DNA of 63,893 nt, the filler included, from Reticulomyxa filosa (taxonomy: Eukaryota; Protista; Foraminifera): NCBI GenBank assembly GCA_000512085.1. It is 15 parts of 15 records of this genome, joined end to end, with 100 filler letters (N's around TTAATTAATTAA, not from the genome) between each part and the next. Parts side by side here need not be neighbours in the genome. Positions count along the whole stretch, not along the records: positions 1 to 2,270 come from ASPP01008095.1; positions 2,371 to 23,575 come from ASPP01010886.1; 13 more parts are not named here. One strand, given 5' to 3'. Numbering within the stretch: the first letter of the stretch is position 1; the number at the start of each line of letters is the position of its first letter. This document shows positions 1-12,893 of this stretch, piece after piece. The notes below the pieces were generated by a model. That model was not told the origin of the DNA, searched no databases, and saw only the letters and a list, made by a program, of their open reading frames with translations. The translations under genes and the position numbers were made by a program.

Positions 1-686
1 TTTTTTTTTTTTTTTTGGCAAATTGCAACAAAGAAAAATCGTACTTTGTGACCAAGGAATTGCTCGATTCATTGGAGAACGCGCCGGATAAGGAACAAAT
101 GCAAACCGAATATGAAAAAAAAAAGAAGGAATTGGAGAAAGTGGACCCGTGGCATTTGGGCGTGCTCTTTGATGCGAGCGACGCACAAACGTATTATGAG
201 TATATTACTCCGCAGCTGGATTATGAAGTTCGTGGTGACAACAGTGGAGAAGATTTGATGACATGCGAGGAGCAGAAGGAGAAGGACAATGACAATGACA
301 AAGACAAACATAATCATCATGGCAATAATCAAAACAAAAATACTGCCAACGCAAATAATAACAAAGGACAAGGAGAACCTTTGGTCATGTTTGGGGAGTT
401 AGTCTTCAAATGCAAATACAAAGACTTTCCTTATCCGACATGGGAATGCTGGGATAAGTTGCAACGCTTTGATGTCTTTAAAAACTACATCTATGCACAA
501 AAAAATTGGAAATTGTCCGACTATCCGCGGTCGACACCTTTGCAATCACTCAAACTTATTGCCGCTCTCCAAACTCATTATCCTCATGAAGTCCAAGAAA
601 TCTTGACTAACATGAGCAAATTTGGTCCTCCACAAGTCCGAAGCCAATTGCGCTTCATGTTTTATCGCAATATTGACAAGTGGTGA
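1..686 (+). CDS. 5'-truncated protein with a probable divergent chromodomain near the C-terminus
   Basis: Open frame from the contig edge to TGA at 686. FKCKYKDFPYPTWECWDKLQRFDVFKNY resembles the chromodomain core YLVKWKGY..TWEP..NL.....Y. Confidence 0.55.
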   Translation, partial: FFFFLANCNKEKSYFVTKELLDSLENAPDKEQMQTEYEKKKKELEKVDPWHLGVLFDASDAQTYYEYITPQLDYEVRGDNSGEDLMTCEEQKEKDNDNDKDKHNHHGNNQNKNTANANNNKGQGEPLVMFGELVFKCKYKDFPYPTWECWDKLQRFDVFKNYIYAQKNWKLSDYPRSTPLQSLKLIAALQTHYPHEVQEILTNMSKFGPPQVRSQLRFMFYRNIDKW

Positions 687-1188
687 TTTTTTTTTCTTTT
701 TTCTTTTTAATGGGCGTATTTTAGTTCATTTTTTTTCCCCTTCCCCTACACAAACTTGATCAGTATGGCTCACACCCCTTTTTATCATCTTTGAAAGATA
801 CTTTCATTTGATAAACTACTGAAACTCTTCTCATTTGGCCAAGTTAGTTGTTCAAAGCAAAAAAAAAAAATCAAAGGGTATGTTGACTACTTTTTTTTTT
901 ATGCTGTTGTAGCTCCGTGATCATCTTTTGCAGTGTGTTTCTTGCTTTGAAGACAATTATCATTGCAAAACTTTGCATTGCTCCTCCTTCTTTTTTTTTT
1001 TCCTCCGGCTATGTAATAACGGGAACGTAATTTTCACAGCACAAGAAAGTTTTCAAAGAGACGATTGCTCTCGCTTTTTTTTTTTTTTTTTAAATAAAAT
1101 TGCAATATAGTTTGAGACATTCATACGTCGGAACTGAACAAAAAATGTTCTTCTTTTGTGCACCAAAAAAAAAAAAAAAACTTTAAGT

Positions 1189-2270
1189 TTAGAGATAGGC
1201 CGCTTTTGAATGTTTGTTTTGTTGGAACGGATGATCAAGTGGAAACAAGTGTTTGTTTGGTTTCGGAGAGAGAAAGGATGCAGAGCGGTGGGAACCAGGA
1301 ACAGTAGTGAAATTGCGAGAAGTGTTGGACCTTTGGCGTCTCAACTTTTGGAAGTTCCACTTGGAACAACGAGTGCGGTTGTTTCGTTGGGAGCGATACC
1401 AGCTATGAAAAGGGGCGACAATGGGAAATGTGGAAGAATGAACAAATGCAAAGTACTGTTCAATGTCAATGACAGCCATTTGTTCACATAATTCAATGCA
1501 CATGAGGTTCGCATGCACTTGATTGCACAAGTGCGAGAGTGCATTTTGCACGCAGCGGAAAGTGACGAGTTCTTGAGTGACATTGACATTGCGATACAGT
1601 TGCAAGTATTTCAGTTGTCGATCCAGCCTTTGCACGGCGGCGTCATAGAGCAAGAAGCTCGACTTGCCTTGCAACGCACGGATTTTGCGTTGGACGAGCG
1701 GATCAAGCAGTTGGATTGCAGGGGTCTTTGGTACAAACAACCCATCGAAGCGATAGAAGCCGCGGAGTTGTTCATTGCTGGCATGCATTTTCAAATACAC
1801 CAAGTCAATGTACTCACAATCCAAAATGTGTTTCAACACAATCAACGACTCGTCAAACCGTTCCAACACAATGTACACAAAGCGAAGGTCGTCATTGTCC
1901 ACATATTTGTCAATGTACTCTTGCGCGATGGATACATTGTCAAACCAATGACGCAAAGTGTGATTGGGCAATAGCAACTGATTACTCAAACTCCATATCG
2001 ATGACAGCTCTTTCACATATTGATTCATTCGCTGCTGCAGAAACGTCGGCTCGTTCACTGTTACTTCCAACTCGTCCGACACATATGCGCCCAAAAAGTG
2101 CTCCAGTGACACTTGCTTGTGATGCTTCGGATAAAAAAAGTAATAATACCAAGATAAAAACAGCGACATTGGCTCCCTCACACACGTCACAAACACAAAG
2201 TCTTCCTTTTCCAAGTCGCTTTGCAATATCTCAAAGTTCACTTGCAAATACTCTTCAAATGTAAACATTG
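1189..2270 (-). CDS. Galactose-3-O-sulfotransferase-like sulfotransferase, 5'-truncated
   Basis: 3'-PSB-like motif FVTCVREPMSLFLSWYYYF, and IVLERFDESLIVLKHILDCEYIDLVYLK matching the GAL3ST-type motif ITEYFDESLVLLK..LCW...DILY.K. The frame runs off the contig edge. Confidence 0.8.
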
Positions 2271-2370
2271 NNNNNNNNNNNNNNNNNNNNNNNNNNNNNN
2301 NNNNNNNNNNNNNNTTAATTAATTAANNNNNNNNNNNNNNNNNNNNNNNNNNNNNNNNNNNNNNNNNNNN
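2271..2370. other. Artificial contig linker
   Basis: 44 N + TTAATTAATTAA (stops in all six frames) + 44 N. Confidence 0.98.
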
Positions 2371-3915
2371 TTCATGTTCATTTTCAATTTCTTTTTCTTT
2401 TTCATGTTCATTTTCAGTTTCTTTTTCTTTTTCTTTTTCTTTTTTCTCTTCATCAATCTTTTCTCCTTGCGGCTCATTTGGTTTGTTGACAACATTCAAA
2501 CGAGTTTGATCGCTCTGTTGCGCACATTCCAAAGGACAGGATCAATTTGATAGGGAAAACAAAATTGTGTTTGTCGCTTTGCCCTCGACGAAAAGTAAAT
2601 AGAAGCTGAACGTGAGATTGTATGTGTGTGGTTTCGTGAGTGTCATGAGAGGAAGGCAAGGTGTCGATCACAGCGTCGACACACTCATTACTTCCTTTTT
2701 TTTTTTTTTAATGAAACACGTTTGCATTTTGTTGGAATATTTCTTCCACGTCAATGGATTATTCGTATTTGTGTCCTTTGTATTTTCTATTGCTTCATTC
2801 TCTACTTTCTCTTCGGCACATGCATGTGCGGGTGGGTTTTCCGAAACGCAACTCTTGTTTTTCTCACTCGACACTTGCGCATCGGCTTGAACATAGATAT
2901 CATTTTCATTACTTTTATTTGCTGGAGCGCGTTTTGATCGTTTTGAACGTGTTTGATGTACCACTTTTGTTTGTTGGTGGGGGGGGGAGGAGGGGGGTAG
3001 ATGCATAGATATGATTACAACTAAAATCGTATGCTCATGTACATATATATACGCAGAAACAATAGTTCAAACCATTGTTTGGATTGTAATTGAGATTATG
3101 GTCGTTATCAGTGCTATGAGGTTTCTGTTGTGGCTTCGTTGTCGTGGCGTTAATGCATCTTTAGTATTATCTTGCACATTTGTGGTATTTTCTTGCTTGT
3201 TGGTTGTTGTCAAAGCACTTGTACGTGTGTTGATTACAGTGTTTGCAGCCTTCACTTCTTCTTCGTCCTCATTTTTACTTTTTCATCCCCACTATCAGTG
3301 ACAACATTGCCACCATCGCTACCTCCTTCGGAAGGAGCATTAGCATTTCTATTGCTCTGAGATACCGTTGTTTGTTTCAATCTTGCATTCAATTCGTCGA
3401 TTTTGCTTTGCTTTGCATTTTGCAGCATACGCGACGATGTCACAGAGTGCGTTAGATGTTTTGGGATATTAGCGCTAAAGTCCTCATAAAATGGTGTACA
3501 TTGGGTCAAGGGACCCAATGAACAGTCTGAACCGATATTCTCCCAAAGTTCTTTGAACACATCAGTCAATTGTTTCAATTTGTCGTCATTCGCACACTGT
3601 CGGCGTCTTTTTATTTGTTGTTTGTTTGTTCATTGTCATCGCTTATTATTTATTCGCCAACAACACAAGTTTCTGACATAACGTAAATGCTCTTCGGCAC
3701 TGCGGGCATTTTGGTATTGATGTTTTGTCACTACCTTGCAAATTTTTTATGCACTTCAAGCAATAACTATGGGAACACGGAAGGGTTTGTGGGTCGTCGA
3801 ACAAACCTCTGCAGATTGGACAACGTAGATCACCATTTAACACTTCAAGGATTTTTATAATCTCTTTTTCAGCTGCAGCTGTTGCGACCAGACGTTGTGT
3901 GAATATGTCGCTCAT
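2371..3915 (-). CDS. Multi-exon C3HC4 RING-finger protein (BRCA1/BARD1-like N-terminus), 3'-truncated
   Basis: ATG at 3915. LRCPICRGLFDDPQTLPCSHSYCLKCI...CPQCR is followed, after a short intron, by the helix DDKLKQLTDVFKEL..TQ as in BRCA1-type RINGs. Later exons are low complexity. No BRCT domain is visible, so orthology is unproven. Confidence 0.7.
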
Positions 3916-4811
3916 GTTTGTTCTCGGGCTATTCTTAGAACGGAAGAGGTCCTTTGGAGTCTGGACAAAAATTTTCAGAAAATTTCAGATAAAAAAATTT
4001 GAATAACGCTTTTTTATTGTCTATTGTTTGCGAATAACAATACTCTAAGATTCTTATACGCGTTGGGATATGTTTTTTTGACATAGTTCAGTAAAAATTT
4101 TTCATAAGATTGTATTACCCAAATTAGATAAATATTCACGTTTTTTAACCTTTTATAGAATAAGTGTATTGTAAACTATCAGATATATAGAAAACTTAAA
4201 AAATTCAAACTTTATTCAGAATTATTAATTTTTTTCTTTAAATTATCGCAATAGTATTTATTTTCTTTCGTATAATGAACATATTTTACACGATTAAATC
4301 TATAATAATACAAAATGGCTATTAGTACTAATACCGAAAATTGAAAGAATAAGGCCGCAAAGATATTGTTCAAATCAAATTTTTCCTAGGCAGACTCATC
4401 ATGGACTTTTGTAAATGTTTTGCTCAAGCTGAAACATATACCAAAATTACTTTATACAATAGTTTGTTCCTCACACTTAAGGCTGTGATATTTTGCTCTT
4501 CAAAAATAACTTGCTGGGATACGTAGAATCAAGTACTTCAAAAAAAGCAAAGTTCATGATCGACAAGTAATTGTGATCAGACACCACATTTGACTACTTT
4601 ATTAGATATTTACTCTGTTTACAAGATAACCGCAATTTATTTTGTGAAATAGAAAATTTAGAAACAGAGAGAAGATCTTCTTGTATTATCTGTTTTGTCA
4701 CTGAATTTAGGACCTCAGAAAAAAGTCATAAAGAAATGTACACTGAAACACAAAATGTCACATCACCAAAATATGTCTCTGTTGGGACTTTTTTTTTACA
4801 CAAGTACAAGA

Positions 4812-6933
4812 TTATGGATTTTTTTCGCTAGGTTTGATCAAAGTTCCAACACAATTCATCAATATGTCAGCATCTTCGTAATCGGTGACACCCAAGGCGT
4901 TCAAGCGATCAAATTTGAGCGTTCTCATGTGCTTGCCTTTAAAAGATCGTTCATTTAAAACTTTTCTTAGATGAGCATCATATTTCAAAAATCTGCCATT
5001 TTCAACGGCCGAAATCCAATCAACAACTTCGTCGGGGCTCCAATTTTCCCAATCGTCTTGTTTTTTTGAAATGTGAACCAAGCAATCCATTCTCATGCTT
5101 GTCACTTGTTTGGTCATTTCTTCAAATTGTCTTAGTAAAACCTCTAATTTTCCATACAAAGTTTGCAATGAATTCAGAGTGACATGATCCCAAATGCCAG
5201 GGATAATTGTTTGATTAGAGTTCGAATCGCCTTTAATTTCTCCGTTGGAAAGCCATTGCAACGCCACCGACTGTCTCGCCCCCAAGTTTACCAACTCTGT
5301 TGTAATTTCATTCACATGTTTGCCAGCATTACCACGACCACTTGGAAGACCTAAGCGAGGCAGCTTTTTTTCAACCCCAAAAAAAAAACAAGTACAATAT
5401 CAGCACTGCAAAATCAAGTTTAATAAAATAATAAAGTTACCTCGGATTGAAGTATTGCATCCAAAATACTCGCTTTTGATTTTGAGCTATCTCTATCTCA
5501 TTAAAAAAATAAAATAAAATGAAATAAAAAAATCCAAGGAAAACAAATCAAAGAAAAAAAACTACTTTTGTTTCTTCGTCTTTCTCTTCATTTTTGCCCT
5601 TAGCATTTTCATTATTTGAACTTTGTTTGCTCGCTTCACGAAATCGTTCTAATTCAAGTTCCAGTCGTTTAATCTGTCTATGTATCATGTGGATTATATT
5701 TATATTCCGTTTTTATTTTTTTTTACAATGCTACACGTGCAAGAGATAAGCCCTCTTTTGTTTATTCGTTCGCATATATATGTATATGTATATTGCTATT
5801 GTTGTCACAACGAATTGCTTTCTCACAAGATTCTTTGCTGCAGTTTGCGTTTAAGTACTTCCAATTCCGTAGCCGCACTATCTGCCTCTTTCTTCGTGTT
5901 TTCTGTGCTGGGCTGTCCATCTGCGTTGGTGGGCGCCGATTCTTTGCCATTTTCATTTGTGGCCGAAGTCTCCTCTGTTTCCAATGTCGAGTCCAATAGG
6001 GTGTCATCATCAATGCCATTGGCCAATGTTGGGTTGCGTTTGTACTAACCATAAAAAAGGTGTTTCGTATTTTTCAAGTAATTTTTTGAAGAATTTTTTT
6101 TTTTAAATTCCCCTCCAAAAAAAAAAATTAATCCTTATTATGATGATAATAACTGCACAAGCAAAACAGTAATCAAACAACCCATGAGCAGTTCGATGTT
6201 CATCCAGTCGATCTTTAGGGCAGTGATAAACATAGCTCAAGCGAGGTACTGCGTCACCGCACTCATCGCATTTGCACGGCGCGCGATATTTTAGGCGCAC
6301 TGGGATAAAGTCCATTCGACTCCCACAACGACAACGCACAGACTTCAACGGATCTGTCGCCAAGCAAAGCAGAGCAGTCACAAAAACAACCACTTTCACA
6401 ATCTTCATCAAATTCAAAACAAAGCTATATAATACCTGGCATCTTCGGAGCGTTTTCCTCGTCCTTTTGGGCTTGTTCTTGAGCTTTCTTTTGCTACACA
6501 ATGTCCAATATAACATACATTCGTTTATTTTTCTGGTTTAAAAGAGAACCAAGGAGAATGCCACACACAAAAAAAAAGTGTTCACATTCTTACCGCACAC
6601 GGTTCACACACATCATAGCCTGATGGATGTGCCATGGTTCTTCCTCTTGGACAGTGAAAACACGTCTCTAATGGCCCAATGTTCTGCTGACAGCCATCAC
6701 AACGAAGAGCCGTTGCTATGCCATATGCTTGTCGTGGGGTTACTCGATCCAACTTTGTTCCACAAGGACATTCAACAAACAATGAGTCCTGAAGCACGCT
6801 TCCGGCCAACTGTGCGGCAAGCAACGCTGAACAAACACAGCATTCAGATTATTCATCTGTGCGCTGCCAAATTTTTTTTTGCAAAACAAAACAAAATCGA
6901 ACCTAGCAAACCCAATTCGAATTGCTCTGCCAT
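4812..6933 (-). CDS. Multi-exon protein: two Cys/His zinc-finger-like repeats, coiled coil, C-terminal SAM domain
   Basis: ATG at 6933 splices in frame to LLAAQLAGSV. Two repeats of CxCG...CxxC...[FY]HC...H...DxCxxC (6582-6824 and ~6160-6350). The last exon WSPDEVVDWISAVENGRFLKY...GKHMRTLKFDRLNALGV is SAM-like. Confidence 0.7.
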
Positions 6934-7471
6934 GTTATATGTGTACGAGGACTTGGCCTTTGTTTTTTTTTGAGGGGGTTAGAAACACAATTTTTGGTGT
7001 TTAACATATGATGATTTGTTTACACACAAGGAAACATGTACTTTGACTGGTGATTTAATTTATGACACCGCAAGAGAAAAAATTTAATGTTCAAAGCATG
7101 TGGCAATCAGTATATCATTAAAAAATTAATCTATATTAAAAGGATGATCTTATAAAAAGGTAATAAAAAGAATAAGAGAAAATCAGCAAAAATATAAAAA
7201 GTACCCTTGAAAGCTTTTTAATTTTTAGTTGTTTTTTCACTAATAGATAATATTAATCATTTAATCCAAAGTTTTTACTTATTTAAAAATTAGAGTTTTA
7301 TCATTCACTGTTTCCACGAAAATATTGTGTGGTTTACAATAAAGTTCCTTTCATTAATAAAGTGATTACACACTAATTCTATGGACACAGAAAAACTTGT
7401 TTTGGTCGAGCAAAGAACACAAAAAAGGGTGTTTAAATGTGCAGTGTGATTCCCACATTAGAAAAGAGGAG

Positions 7472-8986
7472 ATGGTTTCAGAAGTCATATTGGTCATTGC
7501 AAGCATGGGACTTTTTTTATTCAGCTCACGCCTGTTCTTTTATTTTGGTTTATTCCGAAATTTCGAAGTCCACAACAACAGTATCTACATAGTGTTTATG
7601 ATAATTTTGACAAATTGTTGCTTGATGGCCGAAATGATATTATTTGAGATAATGGGTATCGGGACAACGAAGACCCATTTTTTTGTGACGCAAGTGAACT
7701 TGATAGTATTGATAGCAATGTTATCCTTTATAATTCCAGCGTACTTTGTATGTATTTGTATAACCCAAATGATATGTCCGTGGAGACAATCGGGGCGATT
7801 GCAAATGTTTGTCTCGAGTGTCTGTATCGGATTGATATATGCATATAACTATTTAATATTGAAGCATGACGTATTTTCTCTCCAATGGAATGTAAGTCGA
7901 CTGTCAATGATCGGAGTAACATTGATGGCCATCTTGAGTGGTTTTGGGAGTATATCATGTCCATATGAATGGATTTCGCATCGATTTATGGAAAACATCC
8001 AAGCCAATGACATAATGTTGCTGGAGCATCGTTTGTTGCAAAGCATAGACCAATCATTGCAAATCAAGCAACAAATGGTCGCATTAGAGCAAAAGATGCG
8101 CACTTCGGTGAATCGCAACACTAACGGAGCAAAAGAGCAACGAAAAGGTATCTGTTCCTGTCTCTATGATTTGTTGGACTGGAAGCGAAGCACTGCAGAA
8201 CGCGAATTGAGTGACTTACAAAAGCAATATAACGGAAGCAATTTGGCTCATCAAAGCTTATTTTTGCACTATCATCAGCTGTTAACATGGAGGGATCGCG
8301 TCAATCGCTCGCACACAATCAAAGGCAAAATATACGATTGGCTGGGACATTTCATGGCTTTATATTGCGTGTACAAAGTTGTTATATCCTCTATCAATGT
8401 TATATTTCATCGCGATCGCAGTATTGATCCCATCACTCGCTTGTTTTATTTGGTCAATCGTCTGTTTAATTTGCAACTCCAATCTTATGTGGTCGAAATG
8501 TGGAGTCAACAACTATCCTTTTGGTTGATTGGAGTCATTGTTTGCACGCAGCTCAGAGGCATATTAGGTTATTCTTTCTACTTTGATTGTTGATTCTTTA
8601 AAGTCTTTTTTTGCCATTTTTTGTGTTGCTTTTGAATAGTACGCATGATGCGTGTGTTTGGGTTCGCATCCAGTGTCAAATTCAAAATTAATATGTCCTT
8701 ATTTATGTTAAACAATAACTCCATTGTCCTTTTTTTAATTGAATTGCTTGGGTTATATTTTCTGTCCGTTATCTTGTTGCTTCGTATGAATTTGCCCTTA
8801 CATTATCGCACATTTGTTACGTTGATCATTGGCCCTTCTTTAGAGTTTCAGATTTACTACGAATGGTTTGATATTTGGTTTATCATCGCTGTTGTCGTCA
8901 GTCTGCTCTGTTTAATTGCAAATTACACTTATCAAAAGTTTCACTTCAGTGTTAATACTGATATGGATAAACTTCATGGATTTTAA
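7472..8986 (+). CDS. GPR89: Golgi pH regulator / GPCR-type G protein (GPR89/GTG family), 2 exons
   Basis: SRLSMIGVTLMAILSGFGSISCPY, YCVYKVVISSINVIFHR..DPITR, WSQQLSFWLIGVIV and GLYFLSVILLLRMNLPLHYR..FYYEWFD all match family motifs. One intron at ~8569-8639. Confidence 0.95.
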
Positions 8987-9720
8987 CCTTTTTTTTTTAG
9001 ATATATCACACATTCATTTATCCAAAAAGTAATAAATGATCACAATCAAAGACCTTAAATGTTAAAAAGTTTAAATTACCATTTCCATTCTTTTTTTAAA
9101 TCGCAAACTTTTACACTGCACTTTCTGATTAATTCCTCAATGAAATGTTGAACCGAATTGCACCGTGACAAAAGTTGTATAATACAAATGATATGTTGCA
9201 ACATTTTTATTGATATGCAAATTTTACCAAATTGATGATACAAAGGTAAGCGTAAACCAGAACATAAATGAGCCTGAAATGAAATGATCTTTTCGTGAAT
9301 TGTGGTGAATTTTACAGAAACATATTTTCTAGAAATGGCCTGCATTTGCTCACTTATCCCTTTTCAAGTAAGCATGATCATAGAAAAAACTAGTCGAATT
9401 AATTATTACTTGATAATTTCAACACAAAAAGTTCCAAAAAATTGCAAGTGTAGTGACTATACGACATTTTTAATGAACTAATTAAAGATTTGTGAAACAT
9501 CGTGGCATATCCCTTGAGTTTTACTGGGTCATGGTGGAAGAGTTAACACAAACATTCATTTAATAGCACTCTTTAGAGAACAAAGAGTGATTAAACAAAA
9601 CAAAAAACATGCATTTCCAAACAAAGTTAGACATTTGGAAATTTTTTGATCGTCAAGAAAAAGCTTGTTAATGGTCAAACACCACAAACAAATTTCCTTG
9701 CCATTTAATTAAAAAAAGAA

Positions 9721-10125
9721 TTACTTGGTCACCCATCCACCTGGTTCTGCTGTTGCTAAGCCAGGTTTGCTTGCCATTGTGTGTCCAAACAACGCAAATT
9801 CCGGAAAGTTGTGCTGCCAAGAATCAAATGCCAAAACTGGCTTAGTAAGGTGCGGCTTAATAACTTGTTTCCATTCTCCATGTGCTTTACTTTCGTCGTA
9901 ATGTTTCAAAGCGCTTTCATCTTTGAAAACAGAAATCAAAATGTGGGTATAACCTCCACGACGGTCCTCATGCTCTTTGTATAAGCCTACTTCAGCTGGT
10001 TGAAATGAGAAACTAATAACACCAGGTAACTTGCCGAGTTCATTCGCAATAGCTTGGATTTTGCTCCATGTCTTGTCGTCAATTTTGTCCAAAGTGAACA
10101 ATACTGTATGTTGGAGAACTTTCAT
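9721..10125 (-). CDS. Stress-responsive A/B barrel (Dabb) protein
   Basis: Intronless 134-aa ORF with HTVLF...LPGV...GYTHILISVFKDESALKHYDESKAH...AFD, typical of Dabb. Confidence 0.85.
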   Translation of the reverse strand: MKVLQHTVLFTLDKIDDKTWSKIQAIANELGKLPGVISFSFQPAEVGLYKEHEDRRGGYTHILISVFKDESALKHYDESKAHGEWKQVIKPHLTKPVLAFDSWQHNFPEFALFGHTMASKPGLATAEPGGWVTK

Positions 10126-10488
10126 GTTTAGTGATGACTTTAATCAATAAATAGCAAATCGAAACTGTTGTTTTCTAAAAATTTTCTCAGTTGAAAGTTC
10201 AAAGAGTGCTGTTTAAACGTTAAGCGTCACCAAGTCCTAAAGAAATTTTAGGTTGACTAAAAATGAAAAAAGATAACAAAGCGTAGTGTCTTTAACAAAA
10301 TTGCATTGTGATCGCTTTTAACTGTAATGTTATGGAAAAGTATAATTTGATGCAAATGCAATTGCAGAAAGCGTCAAAAGGAAATCCCTTGTCCAAAGCG
10401 CTTAAGTGGTATAAAGAGAACTAAACAAAAGGTGAACTTTAGTAAAAATTGTTTAAGATCGAAAATTTCTGAAGAGATATTATTTAAC

Positions 10489-12893
10489 ATGGAAAACATA
10501 GAAACTAGTCCTTCGAGTACATCATCACCACTAAAAGTTGGTGCGGTAATTTCTCTTCTGTGGCCAAAAGATAACGAATGGTATGTTGGTTTACTCATCC
10601 ATCGGTTTGAGAAAAGCCGCTTCGCAATTTATTTTCCAGACGACACGTTCACAGAGCCATTGAGTTATGACCTGTCGAAATACGAATACCGTGTGTTATC
10701 AAATCTGACTCAGGAAGAAATTTTACAATTTGCGGAGCCGTTCCGATCGCCCAAAGGGACGAAAGCCCAGGGTGGAGTGGACGCAGTAGGAGTAGCAACA
10801 AGTACAGTCGAATACGCGGTGGATTCGGTGGAGAATACCAACCAGACAAGCGGACACACGAAAGCACCCGACCATGCCCTTGGGAACGAAGAGATAAAAG
10901 AAGACACGAGACAGGAAGAAGAGGACGAAGACGAAGACGATGAAGTCGAGCCGGGAGAAGTGGAGTTCGAAGTCGAGGCCATCATCGACAGTGTCAATCT
11001 ACCAACCAAGTTGTATCGCGTTGAATGGCGCAATTACAAATTGGAAGACTGCACTTGGGAGCCGGACACACATTTGGACAAGGCATCTCAAGTGGTCGAA
11101 CAATATGTCAATAAACTTAGTTTTGTCATTGTTACTTGTTACAGTCATTATTCAAATTTCAAATGACAGCAATAATGAATAATGAATAATGAATAATAAA
11201 TAATAAATAATAAATAATAAATAATAAATATATAATATTTATTACTTATTATTTATTTTATTATTTATTATTTATTATTTGTATTATTTTATTTTAAAAT
11301 TGTATTTCCTTGGCTTTATCTCTTCTCTCCCCTCCTTCTTTCATCCTCTTGAAAAGTTGCGCAAAATCGCAATAGTTGTGATTGACCACATGTGACACAT
11401 ACACACATGAATAACAAATGGAAAAAACAACAACAACAACAACAACAACAACAGAACTTTTGAATCCGAGCGATCCCGAAGTGCAGCGCGTTCGAGCGAG
11501 TGACCGCGATCGGGCATTGTTGGAACAAGTGTGGATGTACTTGACGTACCCAGAGCAAATAAGCAACGAGAAGTACCGATCGATGATGGAATGGCTGGAA
11601 GGGGGCAAAGGGTTTGGAGTGAACAATAGCGAGTTGGTAACGGAGTGGTTGCAGTCGAAAGACTGCGCGTGGGTGACGTGGAAAGACGAGCATGGCGATG
11701 AGAGAGAGAGCAAAGACTCGTTTTGTCGCATTGAAACGTACGAAGAGTTTGCATTTCGATTGGCCGTGTTAGGATTTGAGCAAATGGTGCAACGCAAATT
11801 GTTCCATCACCCCTCGTTCAATCGTCAAAACAAGGATTGGATCCAGTGCATTGGACAAAGTTCCATTCCCAATAAGTTCACATCGATGGGCAAGGCCTCG
11901 CCTGCGGGACATCGACAGAGGGCTGCTGCCGCGAGCCAAGCCTCGGCAGCAGCAACGGCGGCAGCAGCAGCGAACAAGGCCAAGCCCAATGCGTTGAAGA
12001 CGGACGACAGCAAGAGTGCCTCCAAAGCCAGCACCTTGGGAGACCGCAGAATCAGTCGCAAGACATCCGCCACCATTGTCACGCCGATCAATCCTGATTT
12101 GCACGACGAAGACGACAGTGGCATCGATGAAAATGGATTGGTGGGCAGCGATGAGGACTTTAGTCTTTCTGTTCATTTGGGTGGCAAGCGACGCAAGTCC
12201 AAGCGATTAGTTGAGAGAAAAATCTCAAAGGGTTTTTTTTCTCCATAATTTATTCATATTTACATTACACACATACAATGGAACTTGCTATAAATCACAT
12301 TAAATCACATTAAATCACATTTAAAAAAAAAAAATGATCAATGAACAAATCAAAGATATTCGATTTGGATTGCTCGAATAGGCTCGCAACAAAAAAAAAG
12401 ACGAAAACAGAACTCTCGGAAAAGAAAATATGGAAGCATCGAAGAAAGTGCGAGCAAAAACACAGCGCTGACGAAAGAGAATGACGTCGAAGATGAAAAT
12501 GAAGACAACTGGAACGAACCCGCCAACAAGAAAAGAAAACTAAATCATAACAATACTGAAAAGTCGCGCACCTCCGCGAACAATACTCCACGCGTGTATG
12601 ACAAACAGTTGGATGTCATCATCCCAACTGAGTCGAACTTGGACTTAAACGACTGCCACTTGTGGTCCGAAGACCATGTAGCCACCTGGTTGCATTATAT
12701 GAACGATTGGGGGAAAAAGTATGTTCAAGCCTTCATGGATAACGGCGTCGATGGAAGGATCTTGCTAGAGTATGACATCAATGTCGTCTGCGATCTGTGC
12801 AAAGTCTCTCCGCAAGATCGCTCTCAATTCATCTTGGCTGTCAACCAACTCAGAAGTGTTCGAACTCGATGCTTAGGCTTCTCTCAAGCCTAA
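10489..12893 (+). CDS. Multi-exon chromatin-reader-like protein: Tudor-like + chromodomain + SAM
   Basis: Tudor-like VGAVISLLWPKDNEWYVG..FAIYFPDD; chromodomain FEVEAIID..LYRVEWRNYKLEDCTWEPDTHL; SAM WSEDHVATWL..YVQAFMDNGVDGRILL. The phase-1 intron at ~11120-11453 joins the first two ORFs in frame. The last splice is not resolved exactly. Confidence 0.8.
11170..11295. repeat. Intronic AAT(G/A)-rich microsatellite
   Basis: (AATAATG)n then (AATAATA)n, followed by T-rich repeats. Confidence 0.8.

Noticed and set aside
1210-2264. Plus-strand ORFs overlapping the sulfotransferase, and similar antisense ORFs over other genes
   Set aside because: Shadow ORFs of GC-richer coding sequence with no motifs.
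2315-2326. Recurrent TTAATTAATTAA palindrome (14 copies)
   Set aside because: Always centred in 44+44 N; an artificial six-frame-stop linker. ORFs running into it (X-runs, 'LIN') are artefacts.
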